59,210 nucleotides of DNA from Bacteroidia bacterium (GCA_044377005.1 JBILJV010000005.1:1-59210); one strand, 5' to 3'; positions 20,858 through 31,090 are shown, numbered from the stretch's first letter. Translations and numbers: made by a program. Notes: generated from the sequence alone by a model not told the origin.

Positions 20858-21163
20858 ATGAAAAAATTAATTTTAACCTTATCTTTATTTGTTGGAATGT
20901 CATTCATTTCGAATGCACAATCAGCTGTTTCTGCTAATGACCAACCAAAACCAGTTATTGCAACTCAACAACCTGACAAAGCTAGTAAATCAACTTCAGA
21001 AGCTAAAGTAGAAGCTAGTACAGAAAAAAAATGTGCTGGTCAAACAAAAGCTTGTTGCAAAAGTAAAACTGAAACAACAACGGCAACGGCATCTTCTTGC
21101 AAGTCAAAATCAGAATCTGGTGAATCTTGTTGTAAAAAGAAAGCAGACGCTAAAAAAGACTAA
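20858..21163 (+). CDS. Small secreted Cys-rich protein
   Basis: Signal peptide (...ISNA/Q), six Cys including two CC pairs, own -7 element TAAATTTG at 20837-20844 and a downstream terminator. Confidence 0.75.
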   Translation: MKKLILTLSLFVGMSFISNAQSAVSANDQPKPVIATQQPDKASKSTSEAKVEASTEKKCAGQTKACCKSKTETTTATASSCKSKSESGESCCKKKADAKKD

Positions 21164-21177
21164 TTTTATCCTCATAT

Positions 21178-21214
21178 AAAAAAAGCGCAATTTAAAAAAT
21201 TGCGCTTTTTTTTT
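21178..21214. terminator. Bidirectional intrinsic terminator
   Basis: AAAAAAAGCGCAATTT-AAA-AAATTGCGCTTTTTTT perfect inverted repeat between convergent genes. Confidence 0.9.
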
Positions 21215-21236
21215 GCTCTATTATTATCAGTAGTTA

Positions 21237-21779
21237 TTACAATACCGAAAATGGCAATGTGCAAGTAAAATAAACTACTCCAGGATCACATTGACCATTT
21301 TTTACCCCTTTTTGATACTTTATAGTAAAGGTCATATAATCATTACCTGTTTGAGATGAAGTAGTTAAACTGTTGACTAATCCAAGAGCATGTTGACCGT
21401 CACTGTCTTTAGCGCTAACTGTTATGCCTAATGGTTCATTGATACAAATTCTGTAATCTTTGGCATTGGTTTTAATTTTACTATTTAAAACGATAGGCAC
21501 CCCTGTTTCATCTTCAATGCGAAATGAAACTTCGTAATTTCTGTTTTTCTTTAAAGAAAAACCGCCAAAAGTTGGTCTTTTAGGACCCGGACCATCGATG
21601 TCGGTGTAGTTTGCAATAGTGGTGGTAGAATCTATCATATCATCCAAATAAATCATAAAACTGGTAATAGAATCTTGTGGACCTTGCGGCAAAACAACAT
21701 TGGAAGAATCTGTTGATTCTTTTTTACAAGCACTAAATACTAAAATTAGGCAAGTAATACTTAAAATAATTGATTTCAT
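21237..21779 (-). CDS. Lipoprotein resembling the Bacteroidota family annotated as type 1 periplasmic binding fold
   Basis: Lipobox FSAC, YTDIDGPGP and DSDGQHALGL patterns, -7 element TATATTTG at 21796-21803. Confidence 0.55.
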   Translation of the reverse strand: MKSIILSITCLILVFSACKKESTDSSNVVLPQGPQDSITSFMIYLDDMIDSTTTIANYTDIDGPGPKRPTFGGFSLKKNRNYEVSFRIEDETGVPIVLNSKIKTNAKDYRICINEPLGITVSAKDSDGQHALGLVNSLTTSSQTGNDYMTFTIKYQKGVKNGQCDPGVVYFTCTLPFSVL

Positions 21780-21814
21780 TTTGTTAAAAAAAAAGCAAAT
21801 ATAGTAAAAAATTA

Positions 21815-22378
21815 CTATTCTGCTTCTGCTTCAACAGCCTCAACCTCAGGCACCATTCTTTTTAATAAGTTTTCAATTCCTGCTTTTAAGGTAAATGTAG
21901 AAGAAGGGCAACCACTGCAACTGCCTTTCATAACAACTGTAACTATACCATCTTTGAAAGATTTAAAACTTATAGCACCACCATCCATTTCAACGGCTGG
22001 TTTAACATGGTCATCTAATAATTTAACAATTTTAGCTTCAATTTCACCTGCTTCTTCAGAAGAAATCGCTTTGTTTTTGAGTACTATCTCTTTTTCTGAC
22101 TCAATGTATGTTTTAATAAACTCTCTGATACTTGTAATATGTTCGGCCCAATCTACTCCCGGTAATTTAGTGATAGAAACAAAATTATTCATAATGAAAA
22201 CACCATTGGTAAATGAAAATTGGTCAAATATTGCAGTAGCTAAAGGAGAAACCCCTTCCGCTTTTTCTCTTGTTCTATAGTCTGCGCTGTCGTTTGGTAA
22301 AATCATTTTACTGATTACAAATTTCATACTCTCAGGATTAGGAGTAGCTTCGGCGTAGACGGTTATAAAATCACTCAT
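21815..22378 (-). CDS. nfuA: Nfu-type Fe-S carrier (Nfu_N plus NifU-C)
   Basis: EATPNPESMKF, V.PAVEMDGG and GSCSGCPSS (CxxC) motifs. -7 element TATTTTTG at 22401-22408. Confidence 0.88.
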   Translation of the reverse strand: MSDFITVYAEATPNPESMKFVISKMILPNDSADYRTREKAEGVSPLATAIFDQFSFTNGVFIMNNFVSITKLPGVDWAEHITSIREFIKTYIESEKEIVLKNKAISSEEAGEIEAKIVKLLDDHVKPAVEMDGGAISFKSFKDGIVTVVMKGSCSGCPSSTFTLKAGIENLLKRMVPEVEAVEAEAE

Positions 22379-22452
22379 TTTCTTATTTAGAATTATTCTA
22401 CAAAAATAAAACTCTTTGTTGAATTAACATATCATTTTGTTTTATACGTCTA

Positions 22453-22983
22453 TCACTTTGAATTAAACAACTGATTTTCAATATATAATTTCGCTAATTG
22501 AACATAAGACTCCGCATTTTTAATGATTTTTATTTTTTGCGCTTCAGTTATTGGTTTTATTATTTTGGCAGGCACTCCCATTACCAAACTGTAAGGAGGA
22601 ATTTGCATCCCTTCTGGCACCACAGCACCCGAACCAATAACAGTAAATTCACCAATACTTACGCCATTCATAATGGTAGCATGCATACCTACTAGTACAT
22701 TATTGGCTAATGTTGCTCCATGAACAATAGCCCCATGACCAATTATACATGCATCCCCAATCATACAAGGGAAGCCTGGGTCAGCATGAATAACCGCATT
22801 GTCTTGAATATTGGAATTCTTTCCAATACTGATGGTTTCAGTATCACCTCTTAGAACAGCACCAAACCAAACACTCGACTGATCTTGTAATTGAACATCT
22901 CCAATAACTCTTGCTGTATCGGCAATAAAAACTTTATTACCTTTGCTCACAGATTTTAATAAATGATTCGTAATATTTAACAT
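22453..22983 (-). CDS. Gamma-carbonic-anhydrase-like hexapeptide-repeat protein
   Basis: VWFGAVLRGD, NIQDNAVIH, IGHGAIVHG and GVPAK. Start re-called at ATG 22983; GTG at 22950 is an alternative. Confidence 0.85.
   Translation of the reverse strand: MLNITNHLLKSVSKGNKVFIADTARVIGDVQLQDQSSVWFGAVLRGDTETISIGKNSNIQDNAVIHADPGFPCMIGDACIIGHGAIVHGATLANNVLVGMHATIMNGVSIGEFTVIGSGAVVPEGMQIPPYSLVMGVPAKIIKPITEAQKIKIIKNAESYVQLAKLYIENQLFNSK
22938..22945 (+). promoter_or_regulatory. Candidate -7 element (TACCTTTG) for hutI, inside the gamma-CA CDS
   Basis: Exact TAnnTTTG match 36 nt before the hutI ATG. Confidence 0.5.
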
Positions 22984-24244
22984 GTCTAAAAATATACTCA
23001 TTACAAACATAGGTCAATTAATTGGAATTTTACCAATAGAAACTACCCATTTAAAAGGGAGCGAAATGCAAAACATAGAAACAATTACTAATGCCTATTT
23101 AGTAGTCGAAAATGGATTAATTGCTGATTTTGGGCCCATGTCTGAATGTCCCAATTTAAGTATTGAAACCAAGAATTTAGAAGGCAAATGGTTAATGCCC
23201 GGTTTTGTAGATTCACATACTCATGCAGTATTTGCCTCGGCTAGGCATCAAGAATTTGTGATGAGAATTCAAGGTAAAACTTATGTTGAAATTGCCAATG
23301 AAGGTGGGGGGATACTTAATTCAGCTAAAAAACTAAGAGAGATGGATGAGGAATTGCTATACCAAAAAGCTTTAGTGCATATCAATAATGCAATAGCTTG
23401 TGGCACTGCCGTTATGGAAATAAAAAGTGGTTACGGATTAAGCACAGAAGCTGAATTGAAGATTTTGAGAGTCATTAAACGCTTAAAAAACACTGTTCCC
23501 ATTAAAATCCTTTCTACATTTTTAGGTGCACATGCCATTCCTGCCGAGTACAAAGCAAATCGACAAGCCTATATCGACCTCATTATTAACGATATGTTAC
23601 CACAAATAGCCAAAGAACAATTGGCTGATTTTATGGATGTGTTTTGTGATTTTGGGTTTTTTACCCCCGAAGAAACCGATGTGTTATTAAAAGCAGCTGA
23701 ACAATACGGCATCAAAGCAAAAATTCATGGCAACGAATTGGGCATTAGTGGTGGCGTTCAAGTGGCGGTTAAAAACAATGCTTTATCAGTAGACCATCTC
23801 GAACATATTGGTGAAGCAGAGATAGACTGTTTGTTAAACAGCGAAACCATGCCTGTGGCATTGCCGGGCAGTTCTTTTTTCTTAAAAATACCTTACACCC
23901 CATGCAGACAAATGATTGATGCAGGTTTACCCATCGCTATAGCGTCCGATTTTAATCCTGGAAGCAGTCCACATTACAACTTATGGTTTACTTGGAGTTT
24001 GGCTTGTTTATACAACGGCATGTTGCCCATCGAAGGTTTTAATGCACTCACCATTAATGCAACGAAAGCCGTTGGATTGGAAAAAGAGTATGGCAGTATT
24101 ACCAAAGGTAAAATAGCAGCTTTTATCACAACCCGCGCTTTTGACTCCATCAATGAAATGCCCTATTGGATTGGAGTGAATCATTGTTTGGAAAATATTT
24201 TTTTAAACGCACAATCTATTGATTTTCAAATTCAAAATCAATAA
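22982..24244 (+). CDS. hutI: Imidazolonepropionase
   Basis: PGFVDSHTH, EIKSGYG, FLGAHA, DHLE and ASDFNPGSSP. Confidence 0.93.
   Translation: MSKNILITNIGQLIGILPIETTHLKGSEMQNIETITNAYLVVENGLIADFGPMSECPNLSIETKNLEGKWLMPGFVDSHTHAVFASARHQEFVMRIQGKTYVEIANEGGGILNSAKKLREMDEELLYQKALVHINNAIACGTAVMEIKSGYGLSTEAELKILRVIKRLKNTVPIKILSTFLGAHAIPAEYKANRQAYIDLIINDMLPQIAKEQLADFMDVFCDFGFFTPEETDVLLKAAEQYGIKAKIHGNELGISGGVQVAVKNNALSVDHLEHIGEAEIDCLLNSETMPVALPGSSFFLKIPYTPCRQMIDAGLPIAIASDFNPGSSPHYNLWFTWSLACLYNGMLPIEGFNALTINATKAVGLEKEYGSITKGKIAAFITTRAFDSINEMPYWIGVNHCLENIFLNAQSIDFQIQNQ
23004..23011 (-). promoter_or_regulatory. Candidate -7 element (TATGTTTG) for the gamma-CA gene, inside the hutI CDS
   Basis: Exact TAnnTTTG match 20 nt before ATG 22983. 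Confidence 0.5.
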
Positions 24245-24313
24245 TTTATTACAAAGAAAGATTTTATTAGTTTATGCCATTACAATGCAGTTTTAAAATT
24301 CAAATAAAACTCT

Positions 24314-24321
24314 TATCTTTG
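24314..24321 (+). promoter_or_regulatory. -7 element (TATCTTTG) upstream of guaB
   Basis: Exact TAnnTTTG match 29 nt before the ATG. Confidence 0.6.
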
Positions 24322-24350
24322 CACCGCAAATAACCTATCTAACTATTTGC

Positions 24351-25841
24351 ATGGCTAAAACAACAAAAAATTCGTTTAGTATCCAAAACAAAATCATTTC
24401 TGACAGTCTTACCTTCGATGACGTACTAGTTCTTCCTCGTTACAGTGAAATACTTCCAAGAGATGTTAATACTCAAACGAAATTAACTAAAAATATTACT
24501 TTAAATGTTCCTATTATCTCTGCTGCTATGGATACAGTTACTGAAAGTGGCATGGCTATCGCTGTAGCTCGCGAAGGCGGAATTGGTATCATTCATAAAA
24601 ACATGACTATTGCTCAACAAGCAAAAGAAGTTTCTAAAGTAAAACGAAGCGAAAGTGGGATGATTCAAAACCCCATTACCCTTACAGGTGATTCTACACT
24701 GAATGATGCTTTGAAACTAATGAAAGAACACCACATTGGTGGTATTCCTATTATTGATGCTAAAAACAATTTGGTTGGTATTATCACCAATCGCGATTTG
24801 AGATTTGAAAAAAACATTTCGAAAAAAATCTTCGAAGTTATGACCACTAAAGGTTTAGTAACTGGTGAAATTGGTACCGATTTAGCAAAAGCAGAGTCTA
24901 TCTTACAAAAACATAAAATTGAAAAATTGCCAATTATTGATAAAAAAGGCAAATTAGCAGGATTAATTACTTATAAAGACATTCAAAAATTAAAAAGCCA
25001 TCCACGCGCTTGTAAAGACAAGTTTGGTCGCTTAATAGTTGGTGCTGCAGTAGGTATTACCGCCGACACTTTGGAACGTGTTAAAGCATTAGTTGATGCA
25101 GAAGTTGACGTTATAACTTTAGACACTGCGCACGGTCATTCCAAAGGCGTTGTAACAGAATTAAAGAAAATTAAAAAGGAATTTCCTAAACTTGAAGTCA
25201 TAGTTGGTAATATTGCCACTGGTGAAGCTGCCTTAGAGTTAGCAAAAGCTGGTGCTGATGCAGTAAAAGTGGGTGTAGGTCCGGGTAGTATTTGTACCAC
25301 AAGAATTATTGCAGGTATTGGTGTACCTCAACTGACCGCTATTATGAATTGCGCTGATGCTTTAAAAGAAACTGGCATACCTGTAATAGCTGATGGAGGC
25401 ATTAGATATAGTGGTGACCTTGTTAAAGCAATAGTGGCTGGTGCAAGTTCTATTATGGCTGGTGGCATGTTTGCTGGCACTGATGAAAGCCCCGGTGAAA
25501 CCAATATTTACGAAGGCAGAATGGTAAAATCATACCGTGGTATGGGAAGTATAGAAGCTATGAAAGAAGGTAGTAAAGACCGCTATTTCCAAGATGCTGA
25601 ATCTGAAATTTCGAAATTAGTACCCGAAGGTATCGTTGGCACTGTGCCATATAAAGGAAAAGTAAGTGAAGTGATTTATCAGTATGTAGGTGGTTTAAAA
25701 GCCGGAATGGGATACTGCGGTGCTGGTACTATTCAAGATTTACAGACAGCTCAATTTATCAAAATTAGTAACGCTGGTATCAAAGAAAGCCATCCACACG
25801 ACATAAAAATTACCAAAGAAGCGCCAAACTATAGCAGATAA
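24351..25841 (+). CDS. guaB: IMP dehydrogenase
   Basis: [19 protein letters not shown] pair, [21 protein letters not shown]. Confidence 0.97.
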   Translation: MAKTTKNSFSIQNKIISDSLTFDDVLVLPRYSEILPRDVNTQTKLTKNITLNVPIISAAMDTVTESGMAIAVAREGGIGIIHKNMTIAQQAKEVSKVKRSESGMIQNPITLTGDSTLNDALKLMKEHHIGGIPIIDAKNNLVGIITNRDLRFEKNISKKIFEVMTTKGLVTGEIGTDLAKAESILQKHKIEKLPIIDKKGKLAGLITYKDIQKLKSHPRACKDKFGRLIVGAAVGITADTLERVKALVDAEVDVITLDTAHGHSKGVVTELKKIKKEFPKLEVIVGNIATGEAALELAKAGADAVKVGVGPGSICTTRIIAGIGVPQLTAIMNCADALKETGIPVIADGGIRYSGDLVKAIVAGASSIMAGGMFAGTDESPGETNIYEGRMVKSYRGMGSIEAMKEGSKDRYFQDAESEISKLVPEGIVGTVPYKGKVSEVIYQYVGGLKAGMGYCGAGTIQDLQTAQFIKISNAGIKESHPHDIKITKEAPNYSR

Positions 25842-25899
25842 TTGCAGCTAACGACAATTCTTTTTTGTCAAAACAATACTATTCTTTTTACACCCAATT

Positions 25900-26928
25900 A
25901 TGTTTAATAAAAAAACGCTTGTTTTAATCGTTACCATTGTTGCCCTTGCGGTGGTTTATTTCATTTTTAATAACAAAAATGTATCTACCCTCAACAATAA
26001 TGAGAAAGCTTTTGATTTTAAATCAACTGAAAAAATAGATAAGATATTTATTACCAATAAATTCTCTAAAGAATATGTAACCTTAAGCAAGGTTAATGCT
26101 AAAGAATGGCTGGTTAATAATGAGCACATTGGAAATATTTCGCAGATTGAAATTTTGTTGGAGACCCTAAGAAAAGTTAGAGTAAAAAAACCTGTTTCTA
26201 AAAAACAGTTGAATCAAGTAATCAAAAACATTGCTTTAAATGGCACAAAAGTAGAGATATACGAAAACAATGTATTGAGTAAAGTTTTTTATGTTGGTAA
26301 CAATACCAGTAACGAAATGGGCACCTATTTCTACATGGATAAAGCTGCTGAACCCTATATATGCCATATTCCTGGATTTAATGGGTTTTTGAATACGCGT
26401 TTCTATACTGATGCCAAAGCTTGGCGCTCCAAAACTGTTTTTGCATCTACTGACGTACAAATTGAAAACATTCAAGTAAAATGGCACCAAAATGAGGAAC
26501 AATCTTTTGAAATTAAAAATAGCAAAGGTCAAATTCCTCAACTTATTATTAATGGAATTGCACTTGAAAACAATAAAATTGTCAACTTAAATAAACTTAA
26601 ATCCTATTTAAAATTATGGGAGAATTTGGCTTATGAAGGTTTCCCTATCAACTTGTCTGACAAACAAATAGACTCTATTTACAACACACCTCCCCTTTTA
26701 ACTTTATCCCTTACATCTGCAGGAAAAACAACACATCTCAAAATTCACAAAAAAGGAATGTTTGAAGACACTAATATTCAGTTCGACCGTCAAGGAAATC
26801 CATTGGAATACGACATTGAAAATTTTTATGCTTTCATCAATAACAACAACAAAGAAGTTGTTCAAATTCAAGATTATGTATTTGGGAAAGTGATGAAAAC
26901 CAACCGAGATTTTTTAATTAAACCATGA
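25900..26928 (+). CDS. DUF4340-like membrane-anchored protein
   Basis: N-terminal TM anchor; W.VN...VRV and FYVG...GTY...EP patterns recalled for DUF4340. Confidence 0.6.
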   Translation: MFNKKTLVLIVTIVALAVVYFIFNNKNVSTLNNNEKAFDFKSTEKIDKIFITNKFSKEYVTLSKVNAKEWLVNNEHIGNISQIEILLETLRKVRVKKPVSKKQLNQVIKNIALNGTKVEIYENNVLSKVFYVGNNTSNEMGTYFYMDKAAEPYICHIPGFNGFLNTRFYTDAKAWRSKTVFASTDVQIENIQVKWHQNEEQSFEIKNSKGQIPQLIINGIALENNKIVNLNKLKSYLKLWENLAYEGFPINLSDKQIDSIYNTPPLLTLSLTSAGKTTHLKIHKKGMFEDTNIQFDRQGNPLEYDIENFYAFINNNNKEVVQIQDYVFGKVMKTNRDFLIKP

Positions 26929-27953
26929 AACTAAGCACACTTATTTTTTCATTACTTTTCTTTTTGGCTTGTTCAAACCACAAAACTGTCGACAAGTATA
27001 CGATATTGAAAGGTAAAACCATGGGCTCAACTTATGAAATTGCCTATGATAGTAGCATCAATATTCAAGAAAAAATCGATTATATTCTTGGGTTTTATAG
27101 CTACTTGGTTAGCACATACGACAGTCAATCTATTGTATCAAAATTCAATGGTAACCGTCCTTTAAACACAGAAGACTCTTTGTCTTTTTACCAATCTAAA
27201 CACTATTTCATAGCCTTAGATAGTATTTCAAGAAAAATCCATTTACAAAGTAATGGCAGTTTTAATCCTGGAATTGGCGCTTTGATAAATTATTGGGGAT
27301 TTGGCAATAATAAACAAAACCCTGAGTTGATAGACCAACGTATTGTTGACAGTTTAAAAAAATTAAACTACGGCTTTTTAGTTGATTTTAAAGGCAAACT
27401 TCCACAAAAATCAAATCCAAATCAACAAGTTAATTTTAATGGTATAGCAGCAGGTCATGTGGTTGATATTATTTCTCAATTATTTGATTCTGTTTATCAC
27501 TTTAAAAACTACTACATTAACATTAGTGGTGAAATAAGGGCAAAAGGGAACAATGGGCACGATTCATTCTGGCCTATTAAAATTGAAAAACCTGTTATTA
27601 ACTCGCAGAAAAAAATTGAGTTTTGCTCTATTCCTCTTAAGAATTATGCATTAGCTACAAGTGGCAACTACAGAAATTTCTTTTTCAAGAACGGCAAAAG
27701 ATATGGCCACAGCATAGACCCTATTTCAGGGTTTCCTGCACGCAATGAAATGCTAAGTGCAACAATTTTAGCACCATCGGCAGCAGAAGCAGATGCCTAC
27801 GCCACTGCGGCAATGGTAATGGGATTAAAAGAAGCTATTAAACTGTGTGAATTAAACCCTGAGTTGAAAGCCTTTTATATCTTTGAACAAGACAAGAAAA
27901 TAAACTTTTGGGCAAGCGCCAACTTATCTTACGAAATAACTGATAAGCCATAA
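26925..27953 (+). CDS. apbE: FAD:protein FMN transferase, lipoprotein
   Basis: Lipobox FLAC, GKTMGS, ISGEI, ATSGNY, HSIDP and ADAYATA. ATGA overlap with the upstream gene. Confidence 0.88.
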   Translation: MKLSTLIFSLLFFLACSNHKTVDKYTILKGKTMGSTYEIAYDSSINIQEKIDYILGFYSYLVSTYDSQSIVSKFNGNRPLNTEDSLSFYQSKHYFIALDSISRKIHLQSNGSFNPGIGALINYWGFGNNKQNPELIDQRIVDSLKKLNYGFLVDFKGKLPQKSNPNQQVNFNGIAAGHVVDIISQLFDSVYHFKNYYINISGEIRAKGNNGHDSFWPIKIEKPVINSQKKIEFCSIPLKNYALATSGNYRNFFFKNGKRYGHSIDPISGFPARNEMLSATILAPSAAEADAYATAAMVMGLKEAIKLCELNPELKAFYIFEQDKKINFWASANLSYEITDKP

Positions 27954-27979
27954 AAAAACCGTCTTTTGGACGGTTTCTT
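27952..27979. terminator. Bidirectional intrinsic terminator
   Basis: AAAAAACCGTC-TTTTG-GACGGTTTCTT between convergent genes. Confidence 0.8.
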
Positions 27980-27998
27980 AAATATTATTTGAAAAAAG

Positions 27999-29054
27999 CT
28001 ATTTAGCTTCTACTAATTCAGTATCAAAAATCAATGTTGCATATGGAGGGATTACTCCACCAGCACCACGTTCACCATATCCTAATTGATAAGGGATAAT
28101 TAATTTATACTTAGCACCCACTTTCATTAAAGCAATACCTTCATCCCAACCTGGAATCACTCTTCCTGTTCCTAGTTTGAATGCGATAGGGTCATTACGT
28201 TTATATGAATTATCAAATTCACTACCATCAATCAATTTACCTACATAATGAACTTTTACATCATTACCAGCCATTGCTTGAGGACCAGTACCCTCTTGTT
28301 CTACAACATAATACAAACCACTGTTTGTTTTCTTTGCATTAGGATATGTTTTTAAAACTAAATCACTGAATTCTTTGTCTTTTTTTTCTTTTTCAGCTTT
28401 TAAAAAGGCTGCTTTTCTTTCTTCAACACTTGCTTTAAGTTTGTCAAACTCAGCTTGATTGGCAACATATTTTTTAGCAACAGCTCCCTTTCTTATGATT
28501 TCAACTTTTACTAACATATCATTGGTTCTTGTTGAATCTACGATAGTTTGACCTTCTACTACTTTTCCAAAAATGCTGTGTTTGTTGTCTAACCATGGTG
28601 TTGGAACTATTGTTACAAAGAATTGACTACCGTTGGTATTAGGACCTGAGTTAGCCATAGACAAATAACCTGGAACATCATGTTTTAAACTAGGGTGAAA
28701 TTCATCAGCAAAAGAATAACCTGGACCGCCCATACCTGTTCCTTGAGGATCGCCTCCTTGAATCATAAAATCTTGTCCATCACCATTAACTTTACTTATT
28801 ACTCTATGAAATTTTAATCCATCATAATAGTGAACACCTTCTGCTTTAGCTGAATTTTTAATTTTACCTTCAGCCAATCCAACGAAATTACATACCGTTA
28901 AGGGTGCTTTATCTGGGAATAATTTAACTAAAAATGTTCCTTTACTTACGGTAAACTTGGCGTATAAACCGTCTTCTTGTTGTGCAATTGATTCTTCTAA
29001 TGTCATCATTAATACTAAAGCTGCAAAAATAGCTCTTAATTTTATCATATTCAT
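27999..29054 (-). CDS. Cyclophilin-FKBP dual-domain peptidyl-prolyl isomerase
   Basis: [29 protein letters not shown] plus [33 protein letters not shown]. Signal peptide; -7 element TATATTTG at 29080-29087. Confidence 0.92.
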   Translation of the reverse strand: MNMIKLRAIFAALVLMMTLEESIAQQEDGLYAKFTVSKGTFLVKLFPDKAPLTVCNFVGLAEGKIKNSAKAEGVHYYDGLKFHRVISKVNGDGQDFMIQGGDPQGTGMGGPGYSFADEFHPSLKHDVPGYLSMANSGPNTNGSQFFVTIVPTPWLDNKHSIFGKVVEGQTIVDSTRTNDMLVKVEIIRKGAVAKKYVANQAEFDKLKASVEERKAAFLKAEKEKKDKEFSDLVLKTYPNAKKTNSGLYYVVEQEGTGPQAMAGNDVKVHYVGKLIDGSEFDNSYKRNDPIAFKLGTGRVIPGWDEGIALMKVGAKYKLIIPYQLGYGERGAGGVIPPYATLIFDTELVEAK

Positions 29055-29118
29055 AAACTTTATTTGTCAATATTTGTGCCAAATATAAATCTAAAAATTT
29101 AGATACGATTCAATTTTT

Positions 29119-30195
29119 TTATCCTTTGTAAATTGTCATTAATTGTTTTGAGATAGACTCTTTGCTATATTGTTGTATGTGAGACGTATAATCAATTTTG
29201 TCTAACTCGCTAAGTATAATTAATTGGTTTAATAGTTCCTCTTCTTTCTTTAATTCAAAGAATAATACCTCAGGGGAAGCTATCTCCTGAAAAACCGGGA
29301 TATTCGAGGCTAAAATTGGTAAATGACAAGTCATGGCTTCCAACAATGGAATTCCAAAACCCTCTTGAATACTAGGGTAAACAAACCAAGATGCGGCATT
29401 GTATAAAACCGTTAATTCTTGTTGATCCATATTGGGCAAAATGGTGACACGCTTATTCAAATCTAAGTCAGTAATTAACTGATTAACAGCTTTTAAACTA
29501 TCGCCCATGGAACCTGCCAATACTAAATGGTGGTTTTTGTTAGGGTATTTTTTAAATGCTCTTAATAAGAACAGGTGATTTTTGCGTTGATTAAAACTAC
29601 TAACATATAGAAAAAATGGATTATCTAGCTTATATTTATCTTTAAAAGGTTGTACCTTAGAATCTGTTACAACTTGATTAAAAATCTCATTACAAGCTTG
29701 ATAAACTACCTTAATTTTACTAGAATCAATAGGATAATACAATTGAATTTGTTGGGCAGTAAACTTACTTGTTGCAATAACCGTATCGGCAACAGAGGCT
29801 GCATGTTTGGTTTTAATATGGTAAATTGACCTATCTATGAACGAATAATTTTGCGGATGTGATTTAAATATCACATCGTGTATAGTTACTATTTTATTAA
29901 CATGACTTGGATAGTTACCGAAAGGCAATTCATTACTTAAACCATGATAAACATCTAAATTTTGGAACACTTTTTCTTTCAATATTTGTTTGGCTCTCCA
30001 TAAATAAGATTGATTGAAACTAGAAGGCAAAACAGGTTCAAGTGGGAAAACTAGTTCATTCCCTCCTTTTTTATCAAATAAAAAATAACGATGTTCAGGG
30101 AAAAAAGTTGCTAGAGCATTGACTAAATCTCTGCTGTAATTCCCTAATCCTGTTTGATTATGGAAAAACCGTTTTGCATCAAATCCAATATTCAC
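29119..30195 (-). CDS. Glycosyltransferase family 4 (group 1)
   Basis: MNIGFDAKRFFHNQTGLGNYSR, TIHDVIF and EGFGIPLLEAM. Confidence 0.88.
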   Translation of the reverse strand: MNIGFDAKRFFHNQTGLGNYSRDLVNALATFFPEHRYFLFDKKGGNELVFPLEPVLPSSFNQSYLWRAKQILKEKVFQNLDVYHGLSNELPFGNYPSHVNKIVTIHDVIFKSHPQNYSFIDRSIYHIKTKHAASVADTVIATSKFTAQQIQLYYPIDSSKIKVVYQACNEIFNQVVTDSKVQPFKDKYKLDNPFFLYVSSFNQRKNHLFLLRAFKKYPNKNHHLVLAGSMGDSLKAVNQLITDLDLNKRVTILPNMDQQELTVLYNAASWFVYPSIQEGFGIPLLEAMTCHLPILASNIPVFQEIASPEVLFFELKKEEELLNQLIILSELDKIDYTSHIQQYSKESISKQLMTIYKG

Positions 30196-30200
30196 AATAA

Positions 30201-31019
30201 TTAAACTGCTACATTATGTTCTCTTAAAGCGTCATTCAATGAAGTTTTAAGATCGGTACTTGGTTTTCTTTTACCAATAATAATGGCACATGGCACATGA
30301 AACTTACCAGCAGGAAACTCTTTTTCGTAGCTCCCAGGAATGACAACGCTTCTTTCGGGTACATAACCTTGGTAAGTTACTCTTTCTGTAGTAGTAACAT
30401 CTATTATTTTGGTTGATTGAGTAATAGTAACACCTGCACCTAAAACTGCTTCTTTGGCAATGTGTGCTCCTTCAACAACAATACAACGTGAACCTATAAA
30501 ACAGTCATCTTCAATGATTACAGGGGCAGCTTGAATAGGCTCTAAAACTCCACCGATACCAACACCACCACTAAGATGTACGTTTTTGCCAATTTGAGCA
30601 CAACTTCCTACGGTAGCCCATGTATCAACCATTGTTCCACTATCCACATAAGCACCAATATTTACAAAACTCGGCATTAATATTACCCCTTTATTTATAA
30701 ATGAGCCATAACGAGCAACTGCACCCATAACAGAACGTACCGACTTGGATTCAAAATCCGATTTTAATGGTATTTTATCATAAAACTCATAAGCACCAAT
30801 TTTTTCAGTTTTATTTGAAGAAATTGGAAAATACAGAATTACGCCTTTTTTAATCCATTCATTCACTTGCCATTTGTTGTTTTCAATGGGTTGTGCTACT
30901 CTTAATAAACCATTATCTAATAATTCTATTAATTTTAATATAGCATCTTGTGATGTTTTGGTTTTTAAAAGTTCTCTGTTTTCCCAAGATTGTTCTATAA
31001 TTTGTTTGAGTTGTTCCAT
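30201..31019 (-). CDS. dapD: 2,3,4,5-tetrahydropyridine-2,6-dicarboxylate N-succinyltransferase
   Basis: WQVNEWIKK, DKIPLK, VNIGAYVDSGTMVDTWATVGSCAQIG, GGVLEP. Confidence 0.93.
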   Translation of the reverse strand: MEQLKQIIEQSWENRELLKTKTSQDAILKLIELLDNGLLRVAQPIENNKWQVNEWIKKGVILYFPISSNKTEKIGAYEFYDKIPLKSDFESKSVRSVMGAVARYGSFINKGVILMPSFVNIGAYVDSGTMVDTWATVGSCAQIGKNVHLSGGVGIGGVLEPIQAAPVIIEDDCFIGSRCIVVEGAHIAKEAVLGAGVTITQSTKIIDVTTTERVTYQGYVPERSVVIPGSYEKEFPAGKFHVPCAIIIGKRKPSTDLKTSLNDALREHNVAV

Positions 31020-31039
31020 TTATTTTCAATTTTAAATTT

Positions 31040-31072
31040 AAAAAAAAAGCCTCAAGAAAATCTTGAGGCTTT
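31040..31072 (-). terminator. Intrinsic terminator downstream of the OmpA-like gene
   Basis: Minus strand AAAGCCTCAAGA-TTT-TCTTGAGGCTTTTTTTTT, perfect 12-bp stem with U tract. Confidence 0.88.
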
Positions 31073-31090
31073 AATAATGTTTTATATTAA

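Noticed and set aside
24245-24350. Possible purine riboswitch upstream of guaB
   Set aside because: The predicted leader is under 30 nt and has no three-way-junction aptamer consensus.
2545-28772. About 24-nt near-identical sequence (GGATCGCCTCCTTG.ATCATAAAA) at roughly 2.55 kb and 28.75 kb
   Set aside because: It encodes the conserved FMIQGGDP motif of two cyclophilin paralogues and is not a mobile repeat.
27999-29054. Cyclophilin-FKBP fusion as a novelty
   Set aside because: This architecture is already known and widespread in Bacteroidota.
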